DNA from: an uncultured bacterium
GTDB taxonomy: Bacteria; Methylomirabilota; Methylomirabilia; Rokubacteriales; CSP1-6
Assembly: GCA_964342905.1 (NCBI GenBank)
Contig: CAYFIG010000001.1
Span: 1 to 37,225 of the forward strand
Reading direction: 5' to 3'
Length of the DNA stretch: 37,225 nt
Below the pieces are notes generated by a model. It had not been told where the DNA came from and did no database searches. It saw nothing but the letters and a program-made list of their open reading frames with translations. The position numbers and the translations under genes are program-made. This document shows, piece after piece, positions 1-6,891 of the stretch. Position 1 is the stretch's first letter. Each line of letters begins with the position of its first letter.

Positions 1-42
1 CGAACTGCCGGCTTCCACCCGCGCAACAGCCCGCATCAGCAT
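1..42 (-). CDS. 5' end of an unidentified gene following gvpN (partial, runs off window)
   Basis: ATG at 42-40 is preceded by GGAGGTGG (55-48) 8 nt upstream. Only 14 codons are visible (MLMRAVARVEAGSS), so the product cannot be identified. An alternative ATG overlaps the gvpN stop at 58-56. Confidence 0.25.
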   Translation of the reverse strand, partial: MLMRAVARVEAGSS

Positions 43-57
43 CGAGTCCACCTCCCA

Positions 58-972
58 TCAGCAGTACTGCCTGACAAACTTCTTCACCAGCTCCCTGACC
101 TTGGCCTGGTTGCTCTTGCTCCCCACCCGGCTGGTCTCGGAGGCCAGGATGTCCCGGCAGACCTGCTGGAAGACCGCGCTGGACCCCTTGACGTGACCAT
201 TCAGCACCGTGAGAGATTTGGCGATCATGATCGCGCCGCGAACGGTGGGGGTGAACTCGCAGACGCCGGACTCCCGGAGAGCCCGGACGACCTTGACGAT
301 CTTCGCCGCGTCCTTCCGCAGAAGGCCGGACTTCGCCAGGACGATGGCTATCTCCGTCTCCTCATCGAAGTGATCCAGGTCCATCGTGATCATCCGGTCG
401 CGGAGGGCATCCTGACTCCGATGCACCCCGGCATACTCCTCGGGGTTCGAGGTGAAGAGGGCCGTGAAGTTCGGATCCACCCTGAGATAGCTCTCGTCTC
501 CCCCCCGGCCGACAGGGAGGTCCATCATCCGCTCCTGGAGGATGGAGAGGAGGATGTTATTCGCCTCAGGCCGGGAGCGGGTGAACTCGTCATAGATGAG
601 GGTGAAGCCGTACTTGCAGGCGACGGTGAGGCGGTTATCCACCCACCGTTTGACCATGTCCTCTTCGACTTTCAGGACCCGGGAGACAAAGCGGTCGATG
701 ACCTTCCTCAGGTGATAACCGTACTCACCTCCAACCAGGTTCGAGGTCGTGAACTCCTCGTCGCCGTGGATCATCACTACCGGGCGCTTGAGCTTGCTCG
801 CCACGTGGAGGGCCAGGGTGGTTTTCCCCGTGCCGGAGGCCCCGCGGAAGTGGACCGGGAACCCCGCCTTGCTATAGCCCAGGGCCCGCTCGGTCAGGTC
901 TTTGACGAACTTTGTCTCCACAAAATCCGGCAGAGGGGTGGGCTCGAGGATCGTGGTGAGTTCCTCAATCAT
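58..972 (-). CDS. gvpN: gas vesicle protein GvpN (AAA+ ATPase, MoxR/CbbQ-like)
   Basis: 304-aa ORF with Walker A GASGTGKT. Length and overall sequence look like the GvpN family. It is co-directional with and downstream of gvpA. Confidence 0.9.
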   Translation of the reverse strand: MIEELTTILEPTPLPDFVETKFVKDLTERALGYSKAGFPVHFRGASGTGKTTLALHVASKLKRPVVMIHGDEEFTTSNLVGGEYGYHLRKVIDRFVSRVLKVEEDMVKRWVDNRLTVACKYGFTLIYDEFTRSRPEANNILLSILQERMMDLPVGRGGDESYLRVDPNFTALFTSNPEEYAGVHRSQDALRDRMITMDLDHFDEETEIAIVLAKSGLLRKDAAKIVKVVRALRESGVCEFTPTVRGAIMIAKSLTVLNGHVKGSSAVFQQVCRDILASETSRVGSKSNQAKVRELVKKFVRQYC

Positions 973-981
973 GGTTGCCTC

Positions 982-1320
982 CTACACGAGAAGGACAGCG
1001 CGAGGGGTGAGCACGCCTCTCCCGCGGCAGTGAGTGCAGGGGAGGCCGCTCCCTAGGGTCCGTCCGCTCCCGTGGCAATCAGGACATGACTTCCCGGGAC
1101 CACCGGGGGTCACAACTCCCCTCCCACCACAGACCTGGCAGGTGATCCTCGTCCCGTAGGGCTGGACCCCGCTCCCCCGACAGTAGGCACACCGAGCCAC
1201 TGGTTCCTCCATATTGACCGTGCCCTTCCCCAAGCAGACCTGGCACCGGGCCAGGCGCGAGAGGAGGCCGAACGGATCGGACCCCTTCCCCCGGCAGAAC
1301 TCGCACCGCATCGCCGTCAT
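982..1320 (-). CDS. small cysteine-rich protein with six DnaJ-type CxxCxGxG zinc-finger motifs
   Basis: 112-aa ORF containing CEFCRGKG, CQVCLGKG, CAYCRGSG, CQVCGGRG, CPDCHGSG and CTHCRGRG. A purine-rich SD (AGGAAAGGGGGAAGAG) sits directly upstream of the ATG at 1320. The ORF ends 9 nt before the gvpN start. Confidence 0.8.
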   Translation of the reverse strand: MTAMRCEFCRGKGSDPFGLLSRLARCQVCLGKGTVNMEEPVARCAYCRGSGVQPYGTRITCQVCGGRGVVTPGGPGKSCPDCHGSGRTLGSGLPCTHCRGRGVLTPRAVLLV

Positions 1321-1353
1321 CTCTTCCCCCTTTCCTGTTCAGCCTTTGATGTC

Positions 1354-1710
1354 TCAGCGAGCTGGGCCTGCGGCCGTGGACTCCTGGTTCGCGCGTCCCA
1401 TAGGCTCCCTCGCGTCCGCTGGAACATCCCTCATCCAGCCACGGCAACGCAGTTCCACGCGAAGACGAGTCGGCATGGCCTCTGACCAATAGGCGAGGGA
1501 GAACTGATTGCATCCCAGGCTCGTCAACTCTTGCTTCATCTCAGCGACGGGCCGGGCAAGCTGGTCGGCGAGGTCTCCGCCATGAACACCGACTTCCCGC
1601 CAGATCGCCATCTCGCCCCCAATCCCTTGAACAGGCCAAAGCGCGAGGAAGGCGACAAGCATTACCGCCCCCAGCCAGAAAGAAGAACCCCGCACAGCCT
1701 TAAGAGACAT
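1354..1710 (-). CDS. hypothetical small protein with N-terminal hydrophobic (signal/anchor-like) segment
   Basis: 118-aa ORF with hydrophobic stretch FWLGAVMLVAFLALWPV near the N-terminus. Its ATG is embedded in the last codons of the upstream gene (GCG AAT GTC TCT TAA), and GGAGGAGGGGG lies just upstream. I recognise no family. Confidence 0.5.
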   Translation of the reverse strand: MSLKAVRGSSFWLGAVMLVAFLALWPVQGIGGEMAIWREVGVHGGDLADQLARPVAEMKQELTSLGCNQFSLAYWSEAMPTRLRVELRCRGWMRDVPADAREPMGRANQESTAAGPAR

Positions 1711-2308
1711 TCGCCCCCTCCTCCCTTCTCAACTGCGCAGGTGAAGCCAAATCATTCTTGGACCAGCGCCGGGACTGGATGGCGCTGAGGGTAGCCTTGA
1801 ATTCCACGACCCTAACGGAGCTCCCGTTGGAAAGGAGTCCGTGGAGGGCCCGGACCAGCTCGTCCTGCTCGCTTTGGAAGTCAGCCAGGAGGGTCCTGAC
1901 TTCCCGCTCCCGCTCCTCTCGTCTCGCCTCGATCCCTTTCAAGAGTTCCTTGACAGTTCCGATCCGTTCGGCTTCGCCTCTAGCCAGAGCCTCCTTCAGG
2001 GCGGCCGCCAGTGCCCTCTGCTCAGCCAGGTAGTCCTTTATCGTTTCTTTGATCGCCCTCTCGCGCTCCTCTTGGCGGACGAGGATCCCCTCCATCATCG
2101 CGTCGAAGTCCCGCCTCCTCAGAGAAGCGACCCGGGCCAGGGTCTCCCTGAGCTGGGCCCTCATCGCCTCCCGCTGGCGCCGGAAGGTCTCCAGCATTTC
2201 GTGAGTGGCCTCGACAATTCGCTCTACCCACGAGATCCTGGCCTCGTAGGAGGCGATGACCTCCCGGGCCAGGGGCCCCATCTGCTCTGGGACATGAATA
2301 CTTGTCAT
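1700..2308 (-). CDS. coiled-coil, Arg/Glu-rich protein with internal repeats; paralogue of 2333-2794; candidate GvpC-like gas-vesicle accessory protein
   Basis: 202-aa ORF that is strongly helical and charged. The motif GILVRQEERERAIKETIKDYLAEQ recurs as GIEARREEREREVRTLLADFQSEQ. It shares the motif F(D/Q)AM..GI..RQEER.R with the neighbouring 153-aa protein. The start is uncertain (ATG at 2308 or at 2281). Confidence 0.7.
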   Translation of the reverse strand: MTSIHVPEQMGPLAREVIASYEARISWVERIVEATHEMLETFRRQREAMRAQLRETLARVASLRRRDFDAMMEGILVRQEERERAIKETIKDYLAEQRALAAALKEALARGEAERIGTVKELLKGIEARREEREREVRTLLADFQSEQDELVRALHGLLSNGSSVRVVEFKATLSAIQSRRWSKNDLASPAQLRREEGANVS

Positions 2309-2332
2309 TCGTGTTCGTGACTTGTCCTTCCC

Positions 2333-2794
2333 TCAGCGGGCAAGGCCGGCGCGTTTCTTCGCCATCGCAGCGGCCATATGCTGCCAGTGGCCAGAGGCGG
2401 CCTCACGCTCCCGCCAGAAGCCATTCAGCATGCTTGCCATCTCCCTGTTCCTTTCCTCCTGGCGAGCTCTGATGCCCTGATGCATCGCCTGGAACTCCCT
2501 CATCCGGGAAAACGCGGCGTTGCCAAGGAATCGTCTAAGGTCCGCTGCCTTCCGCCTGAGCTCGTGCTGAATATTTTTCATCTCCTGCCGAAAACCCTTC
2601 AGCTTCGCCGCGGTCTCTTGCCTGAGGGCCGCCACCGTTGCCACCCGGGCGTCGAACGAGCTGGCGATCTCCTGGGCCAGGGCCCGCATGTCCTCGGCCA
2701 GTCGCATCGTGCCGAACCTCCCTTCTCGTGAAACTTCCTCCTGCGAGAAGTGGAAAGTCTCAGGAGCCTTCTTTGTTTTTTTCCTGAATACCAT
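2333..2794 (-). CDS. coiled-coil Arg/Glu-rich protein; paralogue of 1700-2308; candidate GvpC-like gas-vesicle accessory protein
   Basis: 153-aa ORF with a strong SD (AGGAGGGAATC) before the ATG at 2794. LAQEIASSFDARV...EFQAMHQGIRARQEERNREMASML aligns with LAREVIASYEARI...DFDAMMEGILVRQEERERAIKETI of the 202-aa protein. Confidence 0.78.
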   Translation of the reverse strand: MVFRKKTKKAPETFHFSQEEVSREGRFGTMRLAEDMRALAQEIASSFDARVATVAALRQETAAKLKGFRQEMKNIQHELRRKAADLRRFLGNAAFSRMREFQAMHQGIRARQEERNREMASMLNGFWREREAASGHWQHMAAAMAKKRAGLAR

Positions 2795-2806
2795 GATTCC
2801 CTCCTG

Positions 2807-2822
2807 GGGCGCTGATGCGCCC
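2807..2822 (-). other. GC hairpin (GGGCGC-AUCA-GCGCCC) abutting the SD of the 153-aa gene
   Basis: Perfect 6-bp G/C stem with a 4-nt loop, ending 1 nt upstream of AGGAGG. It overlaps an 8-nt direct repeat CGCTGATG (2810-2817 and 2822-2829). Confidence 0.35.
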
Positions 2823-2912
2823 GCTGATGTTAGTCAGGAGAGAGATCCTGGCGAGACACGCTCGGCGGTCGTCCGCTCAAGGGTACCCCGGCAGAAACCC
2901 CTCACTGGTCCT

Positions 2913-2939
2913 GGCAGCCGGCCTTACGCCGGCGCTGCC
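2913..2939 (-). other. GC-rich hairpin with the gvpA stop codon in its loop
   Basis: RNA GGCAGC-GC-CGGC-GUAAG-GCCG-GCUGCC gives about 10 bp with a 2-nt bulge. The UAA stop (2926-2924) lies in the loop. No U-tract follows. Confidence 0.35.
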
Positions 2940-3139
2940 GCCGTGGCGGTCAGGCCGATGGCCTCGGCGTACTTCAGGTACGTCTCGACTGAGGCCACCA
3001 CTACCCGGGCCTCGATGGCCAGAAGCTCGATCCCCACCAGGGAGAGACGAACCCAGGCATCGATGACCACGCCCTTATCCAGGATCCGGTCGACCACTTC
3101 CACCAGGCTGGACGACGCGATTGCCTTCTCTACTGCCAT
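2924..3139 (-). CDS. gvpA: major gas vesicle structural protein GvpA
   Basis: 71 aa: [64 protein letters not shown]... This is the near-invariant GvpA core. I place the start at the ATG at 3139 rather than the GTG at 3145 used in the track. The SD AGGAGGTGA lies upstream. Confidence 0.97.
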   Translation of the reverse strand: MAVEKAIASSSLVEVVDRILDKGVVIDAWVRLSLVGIELLAIEARVVVASVETYLKYAEAIGLTATAAAPA

Positions 3140-3146
3140 GCTCACC

Positions 3147-3578
3147 TCACCTCCTTTCTGTTTGCCCCTCAGGGCCGCTGCCTACCGGCTCGAGCGAGGG
3201 GCTTTCTAGGCCCTCTTTGACGACCCGCCTCAAGAGGGCCGCCACCTGGTCCAGTTCAAAGGGCTTCGAGATGAAGCCTTGATACGCGCCGCGCTGGATC
3301 CCCTCTTGGATCGGCGGATCCGCCCCGTAGTGGTAGCCCGAGATCACCACAATCGGGAGCCGGGGGGCGAGCTGCCGGATGGTGTGCGAGACCTCGAGGC
3401 CGCTCTTGCCAGGGAGCTTGACGTCGATGATGGCCACATCAAAGCTCCGCTCCCCCACCGCCTGGATCGCGTCCTCGCCCCGGTGGGCTTGGGTGATGTG
3501 CACCCCGTCGTCCGCCAGGCCCTTCTCTAGGGCCCAGCAGACGTCCTTCTCGTCGTCCACGACGAGGATTTCAAGCAT
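3147..3578 (-). CDS. single-domain CheY-like response regulator (receiver only)
   Basis: 143 aa with the acidic pocket VVDDEKD, phospho-acceptor context [11 protein letters not shown], plus VVISGY and SKPF. There is no output domain. Its last codons (AGG AGG TGA) form the SD of gvpA, which starts 7 nt after the stop. Confidence 0.92.
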   Translation of the reverse strand: MLEILVVDDEKDVCWALEKGLADDGVHITQAHRGEDAIQAVGERSFDVAIIDVKLPGKSGLEVSHTIRQLAPRLPIVVISGYHYGADPPIQEGIQRGAYQGFISKPFELDQVAALLRRVVKEGLESPSLEPVGSGPEGQTERR

Positions 3579-5076
3579 CCGGCCTCTCCGCCGGAAGGAT
3601 GACAGTAAAGGTGGAACCCCTACCCACCTCGCTCTCCACCCGGATCGTGCCGCCGTGCTGTTGGACGATGCTGTAGGCGATGGAGAGGCCCAGCCCCGTG
3701 CCTTTCCCCGCCGGCATGGTCGTGAAGAAGGGGGTGAAGATGCGGGGAAGGTGCTCCTCGGAGATCCCGCACCCGGTGTCGGCGAAGCTGACCTCGATCC
3801 ACGCCTGGTAATCAGGCGGGGCGAGCCCGGTCTCTACGGTGAGCCGACCGCCTTCGGGCATGGCATGATAAGCGTTCAGCATGATGTTCATGAAGACCTG
3901 TTGGAGCAGGTTTTTGTTGCCTCTCACCCCCGGGAGCTCCGGGGCCAGGCGCTTTTCTATCTCAATGGACTGAAGGGAGATCTGATGGCCGATGAGGGAG
4001 AGGGCGTCTTCGATGGCGCCGTTGATGTCCACCCGCTCCACCATTCCCTCCGAGGGGCGGGCGAACCGGAGGAGGGTTTCGATGATGGCGCCGGCCCGGT
4101 TGGCGGCTGTGTGGATCTTCTCGGAGCACTCGCGCCGGACGCCGGGGTCATCCGCCTTCTTCAGGAGAATCTGGGCGGCGGAGGAGATGATGGCCAGGGG
4201 GTTCCGGATCTCGTGGGCGATGCCGCCGGCCATCTCCCCGAGGGCGGCCATCTTGGCCGACTGGATCAACCGGAGTTCCAGCTGTCGCTTCTCCGTCAGG
4301 TCCCGCCCCACCCCCACCAAGGCCACCACCCGCCCGCCCGCGTCCCGCATGGCTGAAAACCGCCAGGAGATGAGGAGCTCCTCGCCACCTTTCGCCCTCA
4401 TCCGGGTCTCCAGCTCCTGGACTCTCCCTTCCCGAGCCAGCTCGGCGAGGAGGGCCTGGAGGTGGGGCCGGTCGGCCTCCAACGAGAACTCGGCAATCTG
4501 CCTCCGCTCCACCTCCTGGGGTGAGAACCCCAGGATCCGGGCGGCGGCCCTGTTCCAGGTCATCACCGCGCCGGTCGGATCCAGGGAGACGATCAGGTCG
4601 TTGGCGCTCTCCACGACGCTGGCCAGGTGGCGTTCGGCGTCTCTCGCTCGGTCGCCCAGGTTCTTTTTCTCCGTCACATCGTCCATGAAGAGCATTACCC
4701 TCGCTACCCGCCCGTTCCCATCCTTCAGGGGAGCCAGGCTGTAGAAATAGATGCGGGCGGTCAGCCCCGGAGCTCGGTACTCCACCTCCCCGCCCTCGAA
4801 TGGCCTGCCGGTCTGGTACACATCCCGGATCTGCTCCTCCAGGCCGGTATACGAGAGGATGACAGGCGGGAAGACCTCGCTGATCCGCTCCCCGAGCACC
4901 GCCCCTTCCTGTTTCCTCAACTTGGAAAGAAAGTTCCGGTTAGCAAAGGTCACCCTCAGGGCGCTGTCGAGGATCAGGATGGAGGAGGGAATATGGGTGA
5001 GAATGTCCGTGTGGAAGTTCTGCTCACCTGCGTCCGGGACGGTCACGTCGCCGACGGCCCCGCTTTGCCTCTTCAC
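3571..5076 (-). CDS. soluble PAS-domain sensor histidine kinase (PAS-PAS-HisKA-HATPase_c)
   Basis: H-box AHEIRNPLAII, N-box MNIMLNAYHAM, G1 FADTGCGI, G2 GKGTGLGLSIAY. Two PAS-like regions, and no hydrophobic transmembrane segments. The 3' end overlaps the response-regulator start by 8 nt. The TTG at 5181 used in the track lies inside a sigma54 promoter, so I prefer the GTG at 5076 (SD AAGGAGAAGG at 5094-5085). The ATG at 5154 is an alternative. Confidence 0.88.
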   Translation of the reverse strand: MKRQSGAVGDVTVPDAGEQNFHTDILTHIPSSILILDSALRVTFANRNFLSKLRKQEGAVLGERISEVFPPVILSYTGLEEQIRDVYQTGRPFEGGEVEYRAPGLTARIYFYSLAPLKDGNGRVARVMLFMDDVTEKKNLGDRARDAERHLASVVESANDLIVSLDPTGAVMTWNRAAARILGFSPQEVERRQIAEFSLEADRPHLQALLAELAREGRVQELETRMRAKGGEELLISWRFSAMRDAGGRVVALVGVGRDLTEKRQLELRLIQSAKMAALGEMAGGIAHEIRNPLAIISSAAQILLKKADDPGVRRECSEKIHTAANRAGAIIETLLRFARPSEGMVERVDINGAIEDALSLIGHQISLQSIEIEKRLAPELPGVRGNKNLLQQVFMNIMLNAYHAMPEGGRLTVETGLAPPDYQAWIEVSFADTGCGISEEHLPRIFTPFFTTMPAGKGTGLGLSIAYSIVQQHGGTIRVESEVGRGSTFTVILPAERPDA

Positions 5077-5177
5077 GCTGGTTGCCTTCTCCTTCGGGGG
5101 CAATGGACAGGCCCCCCGGCACTTGCGGGAGAGAACTTCGTTGTGCGAGTGCATCGATCTACACGTGCAGAAGAGGG

Positions 5178-5192
5178 GCAAGGTTTATGCCA
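5178..5192 (-). promoter_or_regulatory. sigma54 (-24/-12) promoter upstream of the HK-RR-gvpA operon
   Basis: The minus strand reads TGGCAT-AAACC-TTGC, against the consensus TGGCAC-N5-TTGC. The GG and GC dinucleotides are at the exact spacing. It lies in the 312-nt gap between the sigma54 activator gene and the kinase gene. Confidence 0.65.
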
Positions 5193-5240
5193 GGCGCTCG
5201 GGGAGACCACACGACCCCTCACTTGCCCGGCGGCAGCCAG

Positions 5241-5280
5241 ATATGCAAGAGATGTATGAGAATATGTATGAGACAAGAGA
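5241..5280. repeat. AT-rich island of about 12-nt direct repeats (ATATGCAAGAGA / TGTATGAGA / ATATGTATGAGA / CAAGAGA)
   Basis: ATGTATGAGA occurs at 5252-5261 and again at 5264-5273, with degenerate copies flanking them. The island sits about 50-90 nt upstream of the -24 element. Confidence 0.5.
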
Positions 5281-5316
5281 AACCTGGTGAAATTCCCTCT
5301 GGGCGCCCGACCAGAA

Positions 5317-5350
5317 CTATGGCAACAACTCCCTGGGCCGGATGCCATAG
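5317..5350. promoter_or_regulatory. 8-bp perfect inverted repeat CTATGGCA-N18-TGCCATAG; candidate enhancer (UAS) for the sigma54 activator
   Basis: The arms at 5317-5324 and 5343-5350 are exact reverse complements. The repeat is roughly 125-160 nt upstream of the -24 element at 5192. Confidence 0.4.
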
Positions 5351-5493
5351 CAGCGCGGGCTGGACGGGGGGCGATCGGAGAAGTGTGAAGAGGACGGTCA
5401 GGAGGGTGAGGAAGTCTTGGACCTTCTGCTCATGTCGCTTCGTAATTCTTCAAACCGGCGCTCATGTCATTGGAGGATCCTTGCCCGGCCACG

Positions 5494-6891
5494 TCACGAC
5501 GCCAGGAACTCCTGAGTCAAGATGCCGTAGCGCTTCATCTTAAGGTGCAGGGTCTTATAGTCGGTCTTGAGGACCCGGGCCGCCTCGCTCTTGTTACCTT
5601 TGGTGGCCTCGAGGGCCAGGCGGATCACCTGCCGCTCCGCCTCAGCGATGGCCGTTTTCCTCGTTTCTTTCAGGGAGAGACCCACCGCTCCGGGCCCCCA
5701 CTCTGCGGCTGAAGGTGCCCCCAGAGATCCGGCCCCCAGGGCCGCGAGATGCTCCGGCCTGATCACATCCGGGCTCAGCAGGACAGTCCTGCGAATGGCG
5801 TTCCTGAGTTCGCGAGCGTTGCCCGGCCAGGGATGGTCGAGGAGAAACTGGGCTGCCTCCTCTGATAGCCCCCGCACCGGCCGCTTTAGCTCCATGCTGG
5901 CTTCTTCCAGAAAGCGCTTGGCCAAGTAGAGGATGTCTTCCTTCCGCGCCCGGAGGGGCGGAAGGGTGATGGCGAACTCGTTCAGGCGGTAGTAGAGGTC
6001 CTGCCTGAACCGGCCGGCTCGCATCTCCTTCTCCAGCGGGAGGTTGGAGGCGGCGATGATCCGCACGTCCACCGAGACCGTGCGTTTGGCACCCAGGGGC
6101 TGCACCCGTCGCTCCTGCAGGACCCGCAGGAGCTTCGACTGGGTGGTCAACGGGAGGTTAACGATCTCGTCGAGGAAGAAGCTTCCCCCCTCGGCAAGGT
6201 GAAAATGGCCCTCCTTCTTCCTGTCGGCACCGGTAAAGGCCCCTTTCTCGTAGCCGAACAGCTCCGACTCGATCAGCGTCTCGGGGATGGCCCCGCAGTC
6301 CAGGGCGATGAAGGGGTTCTCGTGTCGGGCGCTCTGCTGGTGGATAGCCCGGGCCACCAGTTCCTTGCCCGTTCCCGTCTCCCCCTGGATGAGGACGGTA
6401 AAGGTCGACCCAGCCACCTGCCTCACCTGCTGGATGACCTTTTGGATCTCCGGAGTCCGACCCATCAACTCCCCGAGGGAGCCACCCGCGCCGAGCTGAC
6501 TCCTGAGCGCCTCGAGCTCGGCCAGCAGCGCCTGCCGCTCGAGGGCCTGCCGCACGGTCAGGATGATCTGATCGTTGTGAAACGGCTTGGTGAGGAAGTC
6601 GTAAGCCCCCAGCCGGAGGGCCTGGACCGCTGCGGGGATGTCCCCGTAGGCCGTGAGCATGATCACCGGAAGTGCGGGAGCGATCACCTTGAGCTTGGCG
6701 AGAGTCTCCATCCCGTCGAGCCCTGGCATCTTGAGATCCAGGATGACGGCTGCGGGAGCCTCCGCCAGGACCCGGTCCAGGGCGGCCTGGCCGTCCTCCG
6801 CCTCGACTACCTCGAACCCTTCGACGCAGAGCACCTCCGCCAAGAGCCAGCGCATATCGGCTACGTCATCAACCACCAGGATCTTTGGCAT
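5494..6891 (-). CDS. NtrC-family sigma54-dependent response regulator (REC + AAA+ sigma54-interaction + Fis-type HTH)
   Basis: 465 aa counted from MPKILVVDD. Walker A GETGTGKE, sigma54-contact loop GAFTGA, and C-terminal HTH GNKSEAARVLKTDYKTLHLKMKRYGI. The 26-codon N-terminal extension in the track overlaps the upstream gene and is not REC-like. Confidence 0.93.
   Translation of the reverse strand: MPKILVVDDVADMRWLLAEVLCVEGFEVVEAEDGQAALDRVLAEAPAAVILDLKMPGLDGMETLAKLKVIAPALPVIMLTAYGDIPAAVQALRLGAYDFLTKPFHNDQIILTVRQALERQALLAELEALRSQLGAGGSLGELMGRTPEIQKVIQQVRQVAGSTFTVLIQGETGTGKELVARAIHQQSARHENPFIALDCGAIPETLIESELFGYEKGAFTGADRKKEGHFHLAEGGSFFLDEIVNLPLTTQSKLLRVLQERRVQPLGAKRTVSVDVRIIAASNLPLEKEMRAGRFRQDLYYRLNEFAITLPPLRARKEDILYLAKRFLEEASMELKRPVRGLSEEAAQFLLDHPWPGNARELRNAIRRTVLLSPDVIRPEHLAALGAGSLGAPSAAEWGPGAVGLSLKETRKTAIAEAERQVIRLALEATKGNKSEAARVLKTDYKTLHLKMKRYGILTQEFLAS

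Noticed and set aside
2795-2923. Search for a third sigma54 promoter or a dedicated promoter for the genes downstream of gvpA (and inside the response-regulator gene, 3147-3420, for gvpA itself)
   Set aside because: No GG-N10-GC element with flanking consensus was found on the minus strand. The TGGCAA at about 3403-3408 lacks a -12 TTGC at the right spacing.
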